From NCBI GenBank assembly GCA_015256915.3, contig CP076101.2, positions 450,001-482,000 on the forward strand: a stretch of DNA of 32,000 bases. The letters run 5' to 3'. Shown here in pieces: positions 21,019 through 30,564 of this stretch. Position numbers and translations under genes: made by a program. Within the stretch, counting starts at the first letter, position 1; every line of letters begins with the position of its first letter. The stretch is from Candidatus Saccharimonas sp. (GTDB taxonomy: Bacteria > Patescibacteriota > Saccharimonadia > Saccharimonadales > Saccharimonadaceae). The notes beneath the pieces were generated by a model. That model was not told the origin of the DNA. It made no database searches and was given only the letters and a program-made list of their open reading frames with translations.

Positions 21019-23460
21019 TTATTTAACTACAAAGTTAATTAATTTATTCGGAATGAAAATTTCTTTCAAAATCTCCTTGTCTTGCAAGAATTTTGAAACG
21101 TTATCTTCTGCTCTTGCAATAGCAAGAATTTCATCCTTTTCAGAGTTTGCCGAAACTTTAATTTTCCCGCGAAGCTTTCCATTAACTTGAACAATAATTT
21201 GAATTTCATCAGTTTTCAAAAGCTCTTCATTCCATTTTGGCCAGCCAGATTTTTCAATAAAGTCATTATTTCCAAGCTGCTGCCAGAGTTCGCTTGAAAT
21301 ATGTGGAGCAAATGGAACAAGCATTTTAAGTAAATCTTCTAAAATAAATTGCCAATCGTTCGAAAAACCTTCAAGTTTCAATTTATAAAGATCATTTACA
21401 AATTCCATCAGAGCAGCAACCGCAGTATTTAGGCTTTCGCGGTGAAAATCTTCAGTAACTTTCTTGATGGTTTTATGCTGGATTTTTTGGACTTCAGCAA
21501 AATTTGAAAGATTTTCAGCAGATTTTTCAGATTCAATAAACTCTTGAACCAAAACCCAAATACGATTCAGAAAACGATAAACTCCAGCTATACCTCGTGA
21601 ATCCCAAGAAGCGTCAACTTCATATGGAGCAATAAACATTTCATAAGTTCGAAGTGAATCTGCACCATATCCTTGGTCAATGACTTCAAGCGGATCAATA
21701 GTATTCCCCTTTGATTTACTCATTTTCGAACCATCTTCCGCATTGATATATCCGTGATAAAGGAGTTTTTTAACTGGTTCAGCAAAATTAGTTAGTCCCA
21801 AATCTCTAAAAACATGAGTCCAAAAACGAATATACAGTAAATGCGCAACCGCGTGGTCGCCACCAACATAATAATCAACCGGCGCCCAGTAATTTACAAG
21901 CTCAGGATCCCAAGCTTGTTTAGAATTTCGAGGGTCAGCATATCGCAAAAGATACCAGCTTGAGCATGCATAACCATCCATCGTATCGGTTTCACGAGTC
22001 ATTTTCTCGCCATTAATTTCAACTGTAATGAATTCTTTACTCTTAGCAAGGGCCGACTTTCCAGAATCATCAGGCTTAAAATCACTCAAAGTCGGAAGCA
22101 TCACAGGCAATTGATCCTCGGGGATTAAATGCTCTTTCCCATCTTTGTCATAAGCAATAGGAATGGGGCAGCCCCAATAACGCTGCCGAGAAATCAACCA
22201 ATCTCGCATTTTATATGTAGTTTTCGAGCGACCAAATCCAGATTCTTCAAGCCAGCCTAAAATCTGTTCGCGAACATCCTCTGATTTTTGACCGTTAAAT
22301 TCACCAGAGTTAACCATAACTCCTTCTCCATGATAGCAAGAATCATCATCCGCCATACTCTCAGGCTTCTCAACAACTTTTATAATATCCAAATCAAATT
22401 TTTTAGCAAATTCAAAATCTCGCTCATCATGAGCAGGAACCGCCATAACAGCCCCTTCACCATAGCCTCCAAGCACATAATCACTCACCCAAATTGGGAT
22501 TTTCTTACCATTCGCTGGATTTATTGCATAACTTCCAGTAAAAATTCCTGTCTTTTCTTTATTTTCTTGGCGCTCAATTTCAGATTTTTTAAGTGATTTT
22601 TTCTTATATTCTTCAAGTTTTTCTCTAGTTAAATCAGTAGAGAGTTTTTCGAGCAATTCATGTTCTGGTGCAATAGTTAAAAATGCCACGCCAAAAATAG
22701 TATCTGGTCGAGTTGTAAAAACTTTAATTTTTTCACCTTTTGCATTTCCGTCAGCAATTTCAAATTCAATCTCAGCACCCTCAGATTTTCCAATCCAATT
22801 TCGCTGCATCGTTTTAATCTTTTCTGGCCAATCTAATTCGTCAATATCAGCCAAAAGTTCGTCAGCATATGCAGTAATTTTAAAGAACCACTGAGTCATT
22901 TGTTTTTTCGAAACTTCTTCACCACAACGCCAGCATCGGCCATTTTCAACCTGCTCATTTGCGAGAACTGTTTTATCATTATCACACCACCACTGATAGC
23001 TTTCTTTACGGTAAGCTAGACCTTTTTTATACATTTCGCGAAAAATCCACTGTGTCCATTTGTAATATTCTGGATTTGAAGTGTTAATTTCTCGCGACCA
23101 ATCGATTGAAATTCCAAGTCGTTTAAACTGTTTTTTAAAATTTTCGATATTAGTTTTTGTGGCTTCTTGTGGAGATATTCCAGTTTTAATTGCATAATTT
23201 TCAGCCGGCAAACCAAAAGTATCCCAACCGATTGGGTTTAAAACATTTTTACCCTGCTGGCGATAAAAACGCGCGATCGAATCAACAATCGTATAGCTCC
23301 TTGCATGGCCTGTGTGAAGCCCTGCTCCACTTGGATACGGAAACATTCCCGAAATATACATTTTCTGTTTCGAAGAATCTGCTTCAACCTCATAAAGCTT
23401 TGATTCATCCCATTTTTTTTGCCACTTTTCTTCAATTTCAATCGGATTATATCTTTTCAT
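21019..23460 (-). CDS. leuS: Leucine--tRNA ligase
   Basis: 813 aa, HTGH (HIGH) and KMSKSKGN motifs, and a CP1 editing domain. Confidence 0.96.
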   Translation of the reverse strand: MKRYNPIEIEEKWQKKWDESKLYEVEADSSKQKMYISGMFPYPSGAGLHTGHARSYTIVDSIARFYRQQGKNVLNPIGWDTFGLPAENYAIKTGISPQEATKTNIENFKKQFKRLGISIDWSREINTSNPEYYKWTQWIFREMYKKGLAYRKESYQWWCDNDKTVLANEQVENGRCWRCGEEVSKKQMTQWFFKITAYADELLADIDELDWPEKIKTMQRNWIGKSEGAEIEFEIADGNAKGEKIKVFTTRPDTIFGVAFLTIAPEHELLEKLSTDLTREKLEEYKKKSLKKSEIERQENKEKTGIFTGSYAINPANGKKIPIWVSDYVLGGYGEGAVMAVPAHDERDFEFAKKFDLDIIKVVEKPESMADDDSCYHGEGVMVNSGEFNGQKSEDVREQILGWLEESGFGRSKTTYKMRDWLISRQRYWGCPIPIAYDKDGKEHLIPEDQLPVMLPTLSDFKPDDSGKSALAKSKEFITVEINGEKMTRETDTMDGYACSSWYLLRYADPRNSKQAWDPELVNYWAPVDYYVGGDHAVAHLLYIRFWTHVFRDLGLTNFAEPVKKLLYHGYINAEDGSKMSKSKGNTIDPLEVIDQGYGADSLRTYEMFIAPYEVDASWDSRGIAGVYRFLNRIWVLVQEFIESEKSAENLSNFAEVQKIQHKTIKKVTEDFHRESLNTAVAALMEFVNDLYKLKLEGFSNDWQFILEDLLKMLVPFAPHISSELWQQLGNNDFIEKSGWPKWNEELLKTDEIQIIVQVNGKLRGKIKVSANSEKDEILAIARAEDNVSKFLQDKEILKEIFIPNKLINFVVK

Positions 23461-23469
23461 ACTATCTAG

Positions 23470-23498
23470 ATTATACCAAAAATAGTATAAAAAATCAA
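23470..23498 (-). promoter_or_regulatory. leuS promoter (TTGATT-N17-TATAAT), with the -10 ending 9 nt before the ATG
   Basis: Minus strand TTGATTTTTTATACTATTTTTGGTATAATCTAGATAGTATG. Confidence 0.6.
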
Positions 23499-23502
23499 AA
23501 AA

Positions 23503-23976
23503 TCACCATAAAGCAATCTTATCGCAAATATATTCATTCTCATCAGTTAAATAAACCTCAACTAGCTCATTATTTTTGTAAAATTCAATTCTGTTTTGAA
23601 GATTGCTAATTTCCGGCTCAATAACACTATTCCACCAACTTTTACCAGAACGACATACAACACGCCTTTTATACTCTTGCATCACTCTTTTTTTAAAAAT
23701 ATTTGGTAAAATAAGTATAAAACTAATCTTTTTTGAAAGTAGTCGCTTTAAAATCTCATCGTCTTCACTAATAAATATAATTTCGAAATTACCCGAATAA
23801 TATTCTTCTTCAATTTTCTGTACACAAAAATCAAAAAAATGAGATCTTTCAGCTTCATTCATCATTTTAGTTTTACTACTTTCGTTAAATTCCATATCTA
23901 AAAATCGCTTTTTAGATATTTTTGAAAGAGTAGTTTTGCCCAAACAAGGATACGCTGCAATAATTTTAGTTTGCAT
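23503..23976 (-). CDS. Small P-loop NTPase/kinase-like protein, 157 aa
   Basis: Walker A-like AAYPCLGKTT at residues 7-16 and an acidic EIIFISEDDE segment. The ATG lies inside the last codons of ligA (11-nt overlap). Confidence 0.6.
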   Translation of the reverse strand: MQTKIIAAYPCLGKTTLSKISKKRFLDMEFNESSKTKMMNEAERSHFFDFCVQKIEEEYYSGNFEIIFISEDDEILKRLLSKKISFILILPNIFKKRVMQEYKRRVVCRSGKSWWNSVIEPEISNLQNRIEFYKNNELVEVYLTDENEYICDKIALW

Positions 23977-25987
23977 TTATTTCTTTCAAGAATTCATCTT
24001 CATCCATAACTTTTACACCTAGTTTTTCGGCCTTCGAAATTTTTGTTGCACCAACTTTTTCGCCAATTACCAAAAAATCTGTAGTTTTCGAAATTGTTTT
24101 TTGGAATTTTCCACCCAACTCTTCAATTTTTTCTGCAGCTTTTTCACGCGCCATTGTTTTTAGCGTTCCGGTAATTACAAAATTTTTACCACTTAAGATC
24201 CCTTCATTTTTTGCAAAATTTTGCACTTTCACGCCAAGATTAAACATTTTTGTTAAAACTCGCAAATTTTCATCATCATTAAAATATGCTAAAATACTTT
24301 CAGCAACTTTCTTACCAATACCATCAATTTCAAGAAGTTCTTCAAGCGTTGCATTACAAATATTTTCAAATTTATTAAATCTCTCCGCCAAAAGCTTTGC
24401 TGTTTCGCCACCGATATGTCTAATTCCAAGAGCTGAGATAAATTTTGAGAGTTCTGGACTTTTCGAAGACTCAATAGCTCCTAAAAGATTATTAACTGAA
24501 GTTTCTCCAAAGCGTTCAAGGTTTAACAAATCACTTTTTTGAAGATTATAAATATCAGCCAAATCTTGGATTAACCCTTTCTCAACCAACAAATCAACAT
24601 TTTTTTCACCAAGATTTTTAATATCCAAACCTGCTTTCGAAGCATAAAAGGTGACCGTTTTTTTCAAAATTAAGCTCGAATTTAAACCTTTTGCACGATA
24701 TGCAACCTCACCATTTGGTCGGTAAAACTCGATATCTGGGAACTGTTTCTCGAGCTCTTTTTTAAAATCGAAAACTTTAGCATTTTCTGGTCGAAGCTCC
24801 GGCAAAATCCGTAAGATTTTTGGAATAATATCGCCAGCTTTAAAAACTACTGCCGTATCACCAATCCGCACATCGAGTCGCTTAATTTCATCAGCATTGT
24901 GTAAACTTGCATGCCGAACAGTTGTTCCAGCAAGTTGAACCGGTGAAAAGACTGCAACAGGAGTTGCAATACCAGTTCGCCCAATAGAAATAACTATGTC
25001 CGAAATCACCGCCGTAACTTCTTCAGGGGAATACTTAAAAGCAATTGCTGCACGAGGCTGCTTTCCAACAATTCCAAGTTTCGAAAAATGCTCACGATTA
25101 TTAATTTTTACAACTAGCCCATCAGTATTAAATGGTAATTCTTTTCTCTTTTCACTCCAAAAATCAATAAACTCAATAACTTTTTTTAAACCGTTAATTT
25201 TTGAAGCTTGCTCATTTATCGTAAAACCAAGATTTTTTAATGCTTCATAAGCGAACTGGTTAGTAGGGATATCTTGTGGATTTTCACGAATTAGATCATA
25301 AGCTCGAAAATGTAGAGGTCGAGAAGCCGCAATTGAAGGATCAAGCTGGCGAATTGTACCTGCGGCCAGATTTCGTGGATTAGCAAATTCTGGTTCACCA
25401 TGCTCTTTTCGAACAAGATTTATCTTTTCGAAATCTTCCTTCAAAATAACAATCTCGCCGCGAACCTCAGTTCTTCCATTTTTAAAATTTTCAAATTTAC
25501 CACTTGCCTGTAAAAAAAGCGGAATATTTTTAATTGTTCTAATATTGCTTGAAACATCTTCACCAACAAAAGAATCACCTCGAGTAACAGCTCTCACAAA
25601 TTCACCATTCTCAAAAATAAGAGAACAAGCTAAACCATCCATTTTAATATCTGCAAAAAAATCCTCTTCAATATTTGGTTCAAGTTTTTTAATTCTCTCA
25701 AACCAATCAAAAATTTCTTTACTACTAAAAATATCATTTAAACTTAGCATTCTACTAGCGTGAGAAACCTTAATAAACCCACCCTTAACCGTATTTCCAA
25801 CTCTTTGTGTTGGTGAGTTTTTTGATATTATTTCTGGGTTTTCAGCCTCAATTTTCTTAAGCTCAGAAAAAAGTGAATCATAAACTGAATCTGGAACACT
25901 TGGATTATCAAGAGTGTGATATTCGAAAGAATAACGATTCAAAATCTCTAGCAAATCTTTATATCGAGTATTTTTATCTGTCCCCAT
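23966..25987 (-). CDS. ligA: NAD-dependent DNA ligase
   Basis: KMDGLA adenylation motif, OB fold, HhH repeats and a C-terminal BRCT region. Start set at the ATG preceded by GAAGGA. Confidence 0.95.
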   Translation of the reverse strand: MGTDKNTRYKDLLEILNRYSFEYHTLDNPSVPDSVYDSLFSELKKIEAENPEIISKNSPTQRVGNTVKGGFIKVSHASRMLSLNDIFSSKEIFDWFERIKKLEPNIEEDFFADIKMDGLACSLIFENGEFVRAVTRGDSFVGEDVSSNIRTIKNIPLFLQASGKFENFKNGRTEVRGEIVILKEDFEKINLVRKEHGEPEFANPRNLAAGTIRQLDPSIAASRPLHFRAYDLIRENPQDIPTNQFAYEALKNLGFTINEQASKINGLKKVIEFIDFWSEKRKELPFNTDGLVVKINNREHFSKLGIVGKQPRAAIAFKYSPEEVTAVISDIVISIGRTGIATPVAVFSPVQLAGTTVRHASLHNADEIKRLDVRIGDTAVVFKAGDIIPKILRILPELRPENAKVFDFKKELEKQFPDIEFYRPNGEVAYRAKGLNSSLILKKTVTFYASKAGLDIKNLGEKNVDLLVEKGLIQDLADIYNLQKSDLLNLERFGETSVNNLLGAIESSKSPELSKFISALGIRHIGGETAKLLAERFNKFENICNATLEELLEIDGIGKKVAESILAYFNDDENLRVLTKMFNLGVKVQNFAKNEGILSGKNFVITGTLKTMAREKAAEKIEELGGKFQKTISKTTDFLVIGEKVGATKISKAEKLGVKVMDEDEFLKEINAN

Positions 25988-27053
25988 CAACAATCCTTCG
26001 ATATAAAACGTAAATATAAACCGAACTTAAAACACAAGAAAAACAACTCATTAGGAGCATCGATATAGGTACGATCGGAATATTGACAAAGAATCCATTA
26101 ATTGAAATAAGCCAATTCATCAGCATAATTATTGGAATTATTATAATCGACCAAATTAAAGCAAGTATAAATATTAAAAATAGAATTCTCTTCAATATTG
26201 CAAGCCTCCTTTGAGAAACCATATCACCAGCAATTTTTAGAGCCTGTAGTGGATAGGTTCCTGGAATTGTGACAATAATCATTGCGAAAATTGAGCCCAT
26301 AACCCAAAAAGCTGAGAGTGAGAATAGCAATAGTATTGCACTAAAAAATACAGCTTGTTCTATTCCGCTCGATAAAAAACTTGTTGTTTTCGCAGCCGCA
26401 CCAACAATCGTTGCAATAAATACAGGAACTAATTGCATTAATATTACAATAGCAATAACCGTCATTGGGATAATAGGAGCTCCACAAGAATATAAAGCAT
26501 CTCTTAAATTTAGGTTCTTTTTTCCACTTAAAATATTTCTACAAATCTGAACTGTCGCGAGCCAAATAAATAGCACTATTATGGCAAACATCATCTGTTG
26601 AATTTCACTTGGTGATTGCACCAAGCCACCACTATTAAACGTTGCTGCCATGATCAACCCGGCTTTGCCAATTTCACCAAAAAAGCCTTCGAAATTTCCA
26701 CCGTTAGTAGTATCAACAACAGCTTGCAAGCTCGAAACAAAATTTTGGTCCATTAGCCCAATGAAAACAATACCAGCTAAAGCTGAGACTAAAACAAGAT
26801 TTCGAAAAATCTTTTTGTTATCCCGAATAAGCTTAAAAACAAGACCTAACAAATTCCAATAGCCCCCGATTTTTAAGGGTCGAACATAATCTATTTTTCT
26901 TGAAATTTTAAAGCTTCTATGTGGCCTGCGCGCTTTAAACTTTCTAAACCTTTCCAATATATTTTTTCGTAAATAAATTCTAATTCTTATATACCAAAAA
27001 TAAACTAAACTGATTTGTTCTTCATTCGAACTTAATATTTTCTTTCTAAACAT
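25974..27053 (-). CDS. Polytopic membrane protein, 359 aa, unknown function
   Basis: ORF track. Multiple hydrophobic helices. The start overlaps the htpX stop (TAATG) and the 3' end overlaps the ligA start. Confidence 0.7.
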   Translation of the reverse strand: MFRKKILSSNEEQISLVYFWYIRIRIYLRKNILERFRKFKARRPHRSFKISRKIDYVRPLKIGGYWNLLGLVFKLIRDNKKIFRNLVLVSALAGIVFIGLMDQNFVSSLQAVVDTTNGGNFEGFFGEIGKAGLIMAATFNSGGLVQSPSEIQQMMFAIIVLFIWLATVQICRNILSGKKNLNLRDALYSCGAPIIPMTVIAIVILMQLVPVFIATIVGAAAKTTSFLSSGIEQAVFFSAILLLFSLSAFWVMGSIFAMIIVTIPGTYPLQALKIAGDMVSQRRLAILKRILFLIFILALIWSIIIIPIIMLMNWLISINGFFVNIPIVPISMLLMSCFSCVLSSVYIYVLYRRIVDGDR

Positions 27054-27925
27054 TAAAACCTCGTGCTATTTTCTTTCAATCTGCTAATTCTGTCATCTAA
27101 AGGTGGATGTGTTGAAAATAATCTCTGAAAAAAGCCCTGTTTCATAGGATTGGAAATAAATAAGCTTGCCGTTGTTGAGTTTTGTCTTTTTAGAGGCTTG
27201 TTATTTTTCAACTTTTCAAGAGCGCTAATTAAACCATCTGGATACCTAGTTAATGAAACAGCAGTCGCGTCAGCCAAAAATTCACGCTGACGAGAAATTG
27301 CAAGTCTCGTTATTGTAGCTAAAAGCGGCGAAATTAAAACAAAAAATAATCCCAAGATTAAAGTGATTGGATTTTTCGAATCATCATCGTCGTCATTTAG
27401 AAAAATAAACCTTAAAACAATATCGGAAAGCATCCCAATAACAGCGGTTAAAGCAACCGCCGCCATTGAAACTCGAATATCATAATTCTTAATATGTGAA
27501 ATTTCATGAGCCATCACACCTTCAATTTCAACCTTATCCATATTTTCAAGAAGCCCTGTTGTTACACAGATCACAGAATTCTCAGGATTAGTTCCAGCCG
27601 CAAAAGCATTCATCGAAGAATCATTAAGAATATAAAGCTTTGGCATGGGTAAACCAGCAGTAATAGACAATGATTCAACTATTGAATAAAATTCAGGAGC
27701 GTCTTTTTTTGAGATCGGCTCAGCACCATTCATTTTTAAAGTAATTGCTGTCGAAATCTTATATTGAAATAATGCATAAAAAATAGCAAAAATTAATGTA
27801 AAAATAAAAATTGTTAAATCGTTATAGACATAAGAAAAATATAGCCCAATCCCAGAAATAATCGCAATAAATAATGAGAAAATAATCACAGTATTACGCT
27901 TATTCTGAGAAATTGAGCTATACAT
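27053..27925 (-). CDS. htpX: M48-family zinc metalloprotease HtpX
   Basis: HEISHIKNYD (HExxH), N-terminal TM helices, and C-terminal STHPPLDDRI. Confidence 0.92.
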   Translation of the reverse strand: MYSSISQNKRNTVIIFSLFIAIISGIGLYFSYVYNDLTIFIFTLIFAIFYALFQYKISTAITLKMNGAEPISKKDAPEFYSIVESLSITAGLPMPKLYILNDSSMNAFAAGTNPENSVICVTTGLLENMDKVEIEGVMAHEISHIKNYDIRVSMAAVALTAVIGMLSDIVLRFIFLNDDDDDSKNPITLILGLFFVLISPLLATITRLAISRQREFLADATAVSLTRYPDGLISALEKLKNNKPLKRQNSTTASLFISNPMKQGFFQRLFSTHPPLDDRISRLKENSTRF

Positions 27926-27951
27926 ATTTAATAAAACCTCTAAAAAATAAA

Positions 27952-28515
27952 TTAGAATTTTACTTGAGGCGCAGATTCAACTACTTTTCTATCTTCCACT
28001 TCGAAGAATTCCCTCTTTTCGAAACCTAATTTTTTAGCAAAAATATTAGTTGGGAATACTTTAATCTTAATATTAAGGTCTCGAACGCCACCATTATAAA
28101 ATCGGCGTGCACCTTGAATTTTATCTTCAATTTCTTGCTGTTGTTGTTGAAAACGTATAAAGCCCTCATTAGCCTTTAGTTCAGGGTAGTTTTCAGCAAC
28201 AGCAAACAAGCGGCCAAGCGCTTGTGAAAGTTCACCTTCAGCTTTAGCAGCGTCAGAAACATTGTTTCCAGCACCTATCAACCCAGCTCGTGCGCTACTT
28301 ACATTTTCGAAAACTTCTTTCTCATGAGCTGCATAACCTTTTACAGTCTCAACAAGATTTGGGATTAAATCTGCTCGATATTTTAGCTGAACAGCAATAT
28401 CACTCCAAGCTTCTTCAACTCTTTCATTAAGCCGCACAAGTGCGTTGTATTGGCTCCAAACAAAAAGCCCAACAAGGACAAGAACAGCAATAATTACAAT
28501 AATTGCAATTGTCAT
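27952..28515 (-). CDS. lemA: LemA family protein
   Basis: N-terminal TM helix, then YNALVRLNERVEEAWSDIAVQLKYRADLIPNLVETVKGYAAHE. Start set at MTIAII (GGAGAG Shine-Dalgarno) because the track's first 20 codons overlap tRNA-Leu. Confidence 0.9.
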   Translation of the reverse strand: MTIAIIVIIAVLVLVGLFVWSQYNALVRLNERVEEAWSDIAVQLKYRADLIPNLVETVKGYAAHEKEVFENVSSARAGLIGAGNNVSDAAKAEGELSQALGRLFAVAENYPELKANEGFIRFQQQQQEIEDKIQGARRFYNGGVRDLNIKIKVFPTNIFAKKLGFEKREFFEVEDRKVVESAPQVKF

Positions 28516-28545
28516 TTTATTATACTCTCCTACTATTGTTAAATT

Positions 28546-28633
28546 TGGTGCGCAAGGCGGGAATCGAACCCGCACGACTGTTTAGGTCAAGGGATTTTAA
28601 GTCCCTCGCGTCTACCAGTTCCGCCACTCGCGC
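28546..28633 (-). tRNA. tRNA-Leu (anticodon UAA), type II with long variable arm, CCA encoded
   Basis: GCGCGAGTGGCGGAACTGGTAGACGCGAGGGACTTAAAATCCCTTGACCTAAACAGTCGTGCGGGTTCGATTCCCGCCTTGCGCACCA. Confidence 0.92.
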
Positions 28634-28641
28634 ATATTTAT

Positions 28642-28670
28642 ATTTTACACGCCTTAACTACAAAAGTCAA
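28642..28670 (-). promoter_or_regulatory. Promoter (TTGACT-N17-TAAAAT), with the -10 ending 8 nt before the tRNA-Leu 5' end
   Basis: Minus strand TTGACTTTTGTAGTTAAGGCGTGTAAAATATAAATATGCGCGAG. It is embedded in a 9-bp hairpin ACACGCCTT/AAGGCGTGT. Confidence 0.55.
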
Positions 28671-28683
28671 GGCGTGTTTAAAC

Positions 28684-28995
28684 TTAAGCTTCATCTTTAT
28701 CAAGAAGTGGAGCAATAATCATAATAAATAGAGAAAAAGCACCAAGCACTAAGAATGTAGCCCAAGCTTTTCCCATTAATTCGCCTAGATTATTATCTAA
28801 CCAAATATATACTAGGCTGATTAAAGCACAAACCATAGCCGTAAAAATATTAAACCAAATGCAAATTTGTCGAATACTTTTCACTGTTTGACTATATTTC
28901 TTCTTTTTTGATACTGGAGCAACAACTACTGGGCGAACATTTGACTCATTCTCACCTTTTCGAATTTCTACAACTCTTTGATTTTCTTCTTTCAT
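28684..28995 (-). CDS. Hypothetical membrane protein, 103 aa
   Basis: ORF-track frame. Start moved to MKEENQRV because the track start overlaps tRNA-Cys. Two hydrophobic segments. Confidence 0.55.
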   Translation of the reverse strand: MKEENQRVVEIRKGENESNVRPVVVAPVSKKKKYSQTVKSIRQICIWFNIFTAMVCALISLVYIWLDNNLGELMGKAWATFLVLGAFSLFIMIIAPLLDKDEA

Positions 28996-29019
28996 ATGGT
29001 TTCCTTTACTTAAATATTT

Positions 29020-29093
29020 TGGAGGCACCTACCGGATTTGAACCGGTGTAAACGGTTTTGCAGACCGCTGCGTAACCACTCCGCCAAGGCGCC
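29020..29093 (-). tRNA. tRNA-Cys (anticodon GCA), U73 discriminator, CCA encoded
   Basis: GGCGCCTTGGCGGAGTGGTTACGCAGCGGTCTGCAAAACCGTTTACACCGGTTCAAATCCGGTAGGTGCCTCCA. Confidence 0.9.
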
Positions 29094-29146
29094 AAAGTGA
29101 TATAAAATGATTATATCACATATTTTTTAAAAAATAAACAATAGCA

Positions 29147-30445
29147 CTATTTTTTTAGAATTTTGACCAATTCTAGCTTTTCGCCAGTCTCCATATCTTT
29201 AAAAATAAATGAATTTTCAGAAATCTCCTTTTCACCAATTACTAAAGTATATTTAACACCTCGCTTATCAGCAAATTTAAAAGCTTTTTTCATAGTAAAA
29301 TCTTCAAGCAGAACTTCAGTATTTTTACCTTCTTTTCTTAATTCACCAGCAATTTCGAAAGACTTTTGAAGCTCGTTTTTACTCATTGGAACTATTAAAA
29401 ATTCCGCGGTTGAGCGTTTTGAAAATTTAAGCAAGCCTAAGTCTCGTAGGCACCAAAACAATCGCGTTAAACCAATTGAAGCACCGACTCCTGGTAGTTC
29501 TTCTTTCGAATAATATTCGCTTAAATTATCATAACGACCACCACTAGAAACTGAGCCAATTTCTTTGAAGTTGTTTAAATTTGTTTCAAAAACTGTTCCC
29601 GTGTAATAATCTAGACCACGAACGATTAACATATCGAGTTTGAAATATTTTTCTTCAACACCCATCATTTTTAACAATTTAGAGACTTCTGAAAGCTCCT
29701 TAATTCCTTTTTCGAATTGTTGATTTTTAATTTTTTGAGAAAGATTTTTTAGCTCACATATAACATTTTCAGCTGAACCTGAGATTTTAATAAAATCAGA
29801 AATTATTTGAGATTTTTCCCCTAAATTTAAATCAGTAAGTTGCTCTGAAAACTCCTCAGCTGAAATCTTCTCAGCACGATCAATCAAAGCCATAATTTTA
29901 GCTGATTTTTCAGTTAATCCAAGCCCTTCAATTAAACCACTTGTGATATTTCGGTTATTAATTCGAAGAGTAAAATTACCAAAATTTAGCTCTCGAAAAA
30001 TATTATAAATTACTGCAATAACTTCAGCATCATAAGAAATACTTAACTTGTCTCGCCCAATCACATCAATATCGCATTGATAAAATTCACGAAAACGACC
30101 TCGCTGCGCCCTTTCGCCGCGATAGACTTTACCAATTTGCGAACGTTTAAAAGGAAATTGCAACTGACCAAAATTCTCTGCAACAAATCTTGCAGTAGGT
30201 ACAGTTAAATCAAACCGCAAACTTAAATCGTTATCACCTTTCGAAAAACGATAAATCTGTTTCTCAGTCTCACCACCAGCTTTTGCAAGAAGGGTCTCCG
30301 TTCGCTCGATTACTGGCGTATCAATCGGAGTAAATCCGAATTTTTCATAATTTTTCTGAATAATTGCCATAATTCGATTAAATTCGAGCTGTTCTTCTGG
30401 TAATAACTCCATCATCCCAGGTAATGGTTTTGTATTAATTTTCAT
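29147..30445 (-). CDS. hisS: Histidine--tRNA ligase
   Basis: 432 aa, class II motifs (LRFDLTVPTARF, YRGERAQRGRFREFYQCD, GGRYDNL). GAGGA Shine-Dalgarno. Confidence 0.94.
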   Translation of the reverse strand: MKINTKPLPGMMELLPEEQLEFNRIMAIIQKNYEKFGFTPIDTPVIERTETLLAKAGGETEKQIYRFSKGDNDLSLRFDLTVPTARFVAENFGQLQFPFKRSQIGKVYRGERAQRGRFREFYQCDIDVIGRDKLSISYDAEVIAVIYNIFRELNFGNFTLRINNRNITSGLIEGLGLTEKSAKIMALIDRAEKISAEEFSEQLTDLNLGEKSQIISDFIKISGSAENVICELKNLSQKIKNQQFEKGIKELSEVSKLLKMMGVEEKYFKLDMLIVRGLDYYTGTVFETNLNNFKEIGSVSSGGRYDNLSEYYSKEELPGVGASIGLTRLFWCLRDLGLLKFSKRSTAEFLIVPMSKNELQKSFEIAGELRKEGKNTEVLLEDFTMKKAFKFADKRGVKYTLVIGEKEISENSFIFKDMETGEKLELVKILKK

Positions 30446-30529
30446 AATTCCTCAAATTCATTTTAATTGACTATTTAACTAAATGATACCATAAAATAGC
30501 GTTTTTTTCAAATTTCAAAAAGGCCATTT

Positions 30530-30558
30530 TTGCAGTTTTTGCACTAAAATGGTAAAAT
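30530..30558 (+). promoter_or_regulatory. rarA promoter (TTGCAG-N17-TGgTAAAAT), with the -10 ending 6 nt before the ATG
   Basis: TTGCAGTTTTTGCACTAAAATGGTAAAATATAGAAATGG. An in-frame TAA lies 4 codons upstream of the ATG. Confidence 0.65.
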
Positions 30559-30564
30559 ATAGAA

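Noticed and set aside
28516-28575. N-terminal 20 codons of the track's 207-aa LemA ORF, and likewise 28996-29028 of the 114-aa ORF and the plus-strand ORF 28503-28718.
   Set aside because: These segments overlap tRNA-Leu (28546-28633) or tRNA-Cys (29020-29093). Internal ATGs with proper Shine-Dalgarno sites give the expected LemA N-terminal TM helix.
29094-29146. Hairpin GTGATATAA-TCATT-TTATATCAC between hisS and tRNA-Cys, containing TGATATAAT. It could be a hisS terminator or an extended -10 promoter for tRNA-Cys.
   Set aside because: The trailing T-run is only 3 nt and there is no -35 at proper spacing. The two readings cannot be separated from sequence alone, so it is not listed as a feature.
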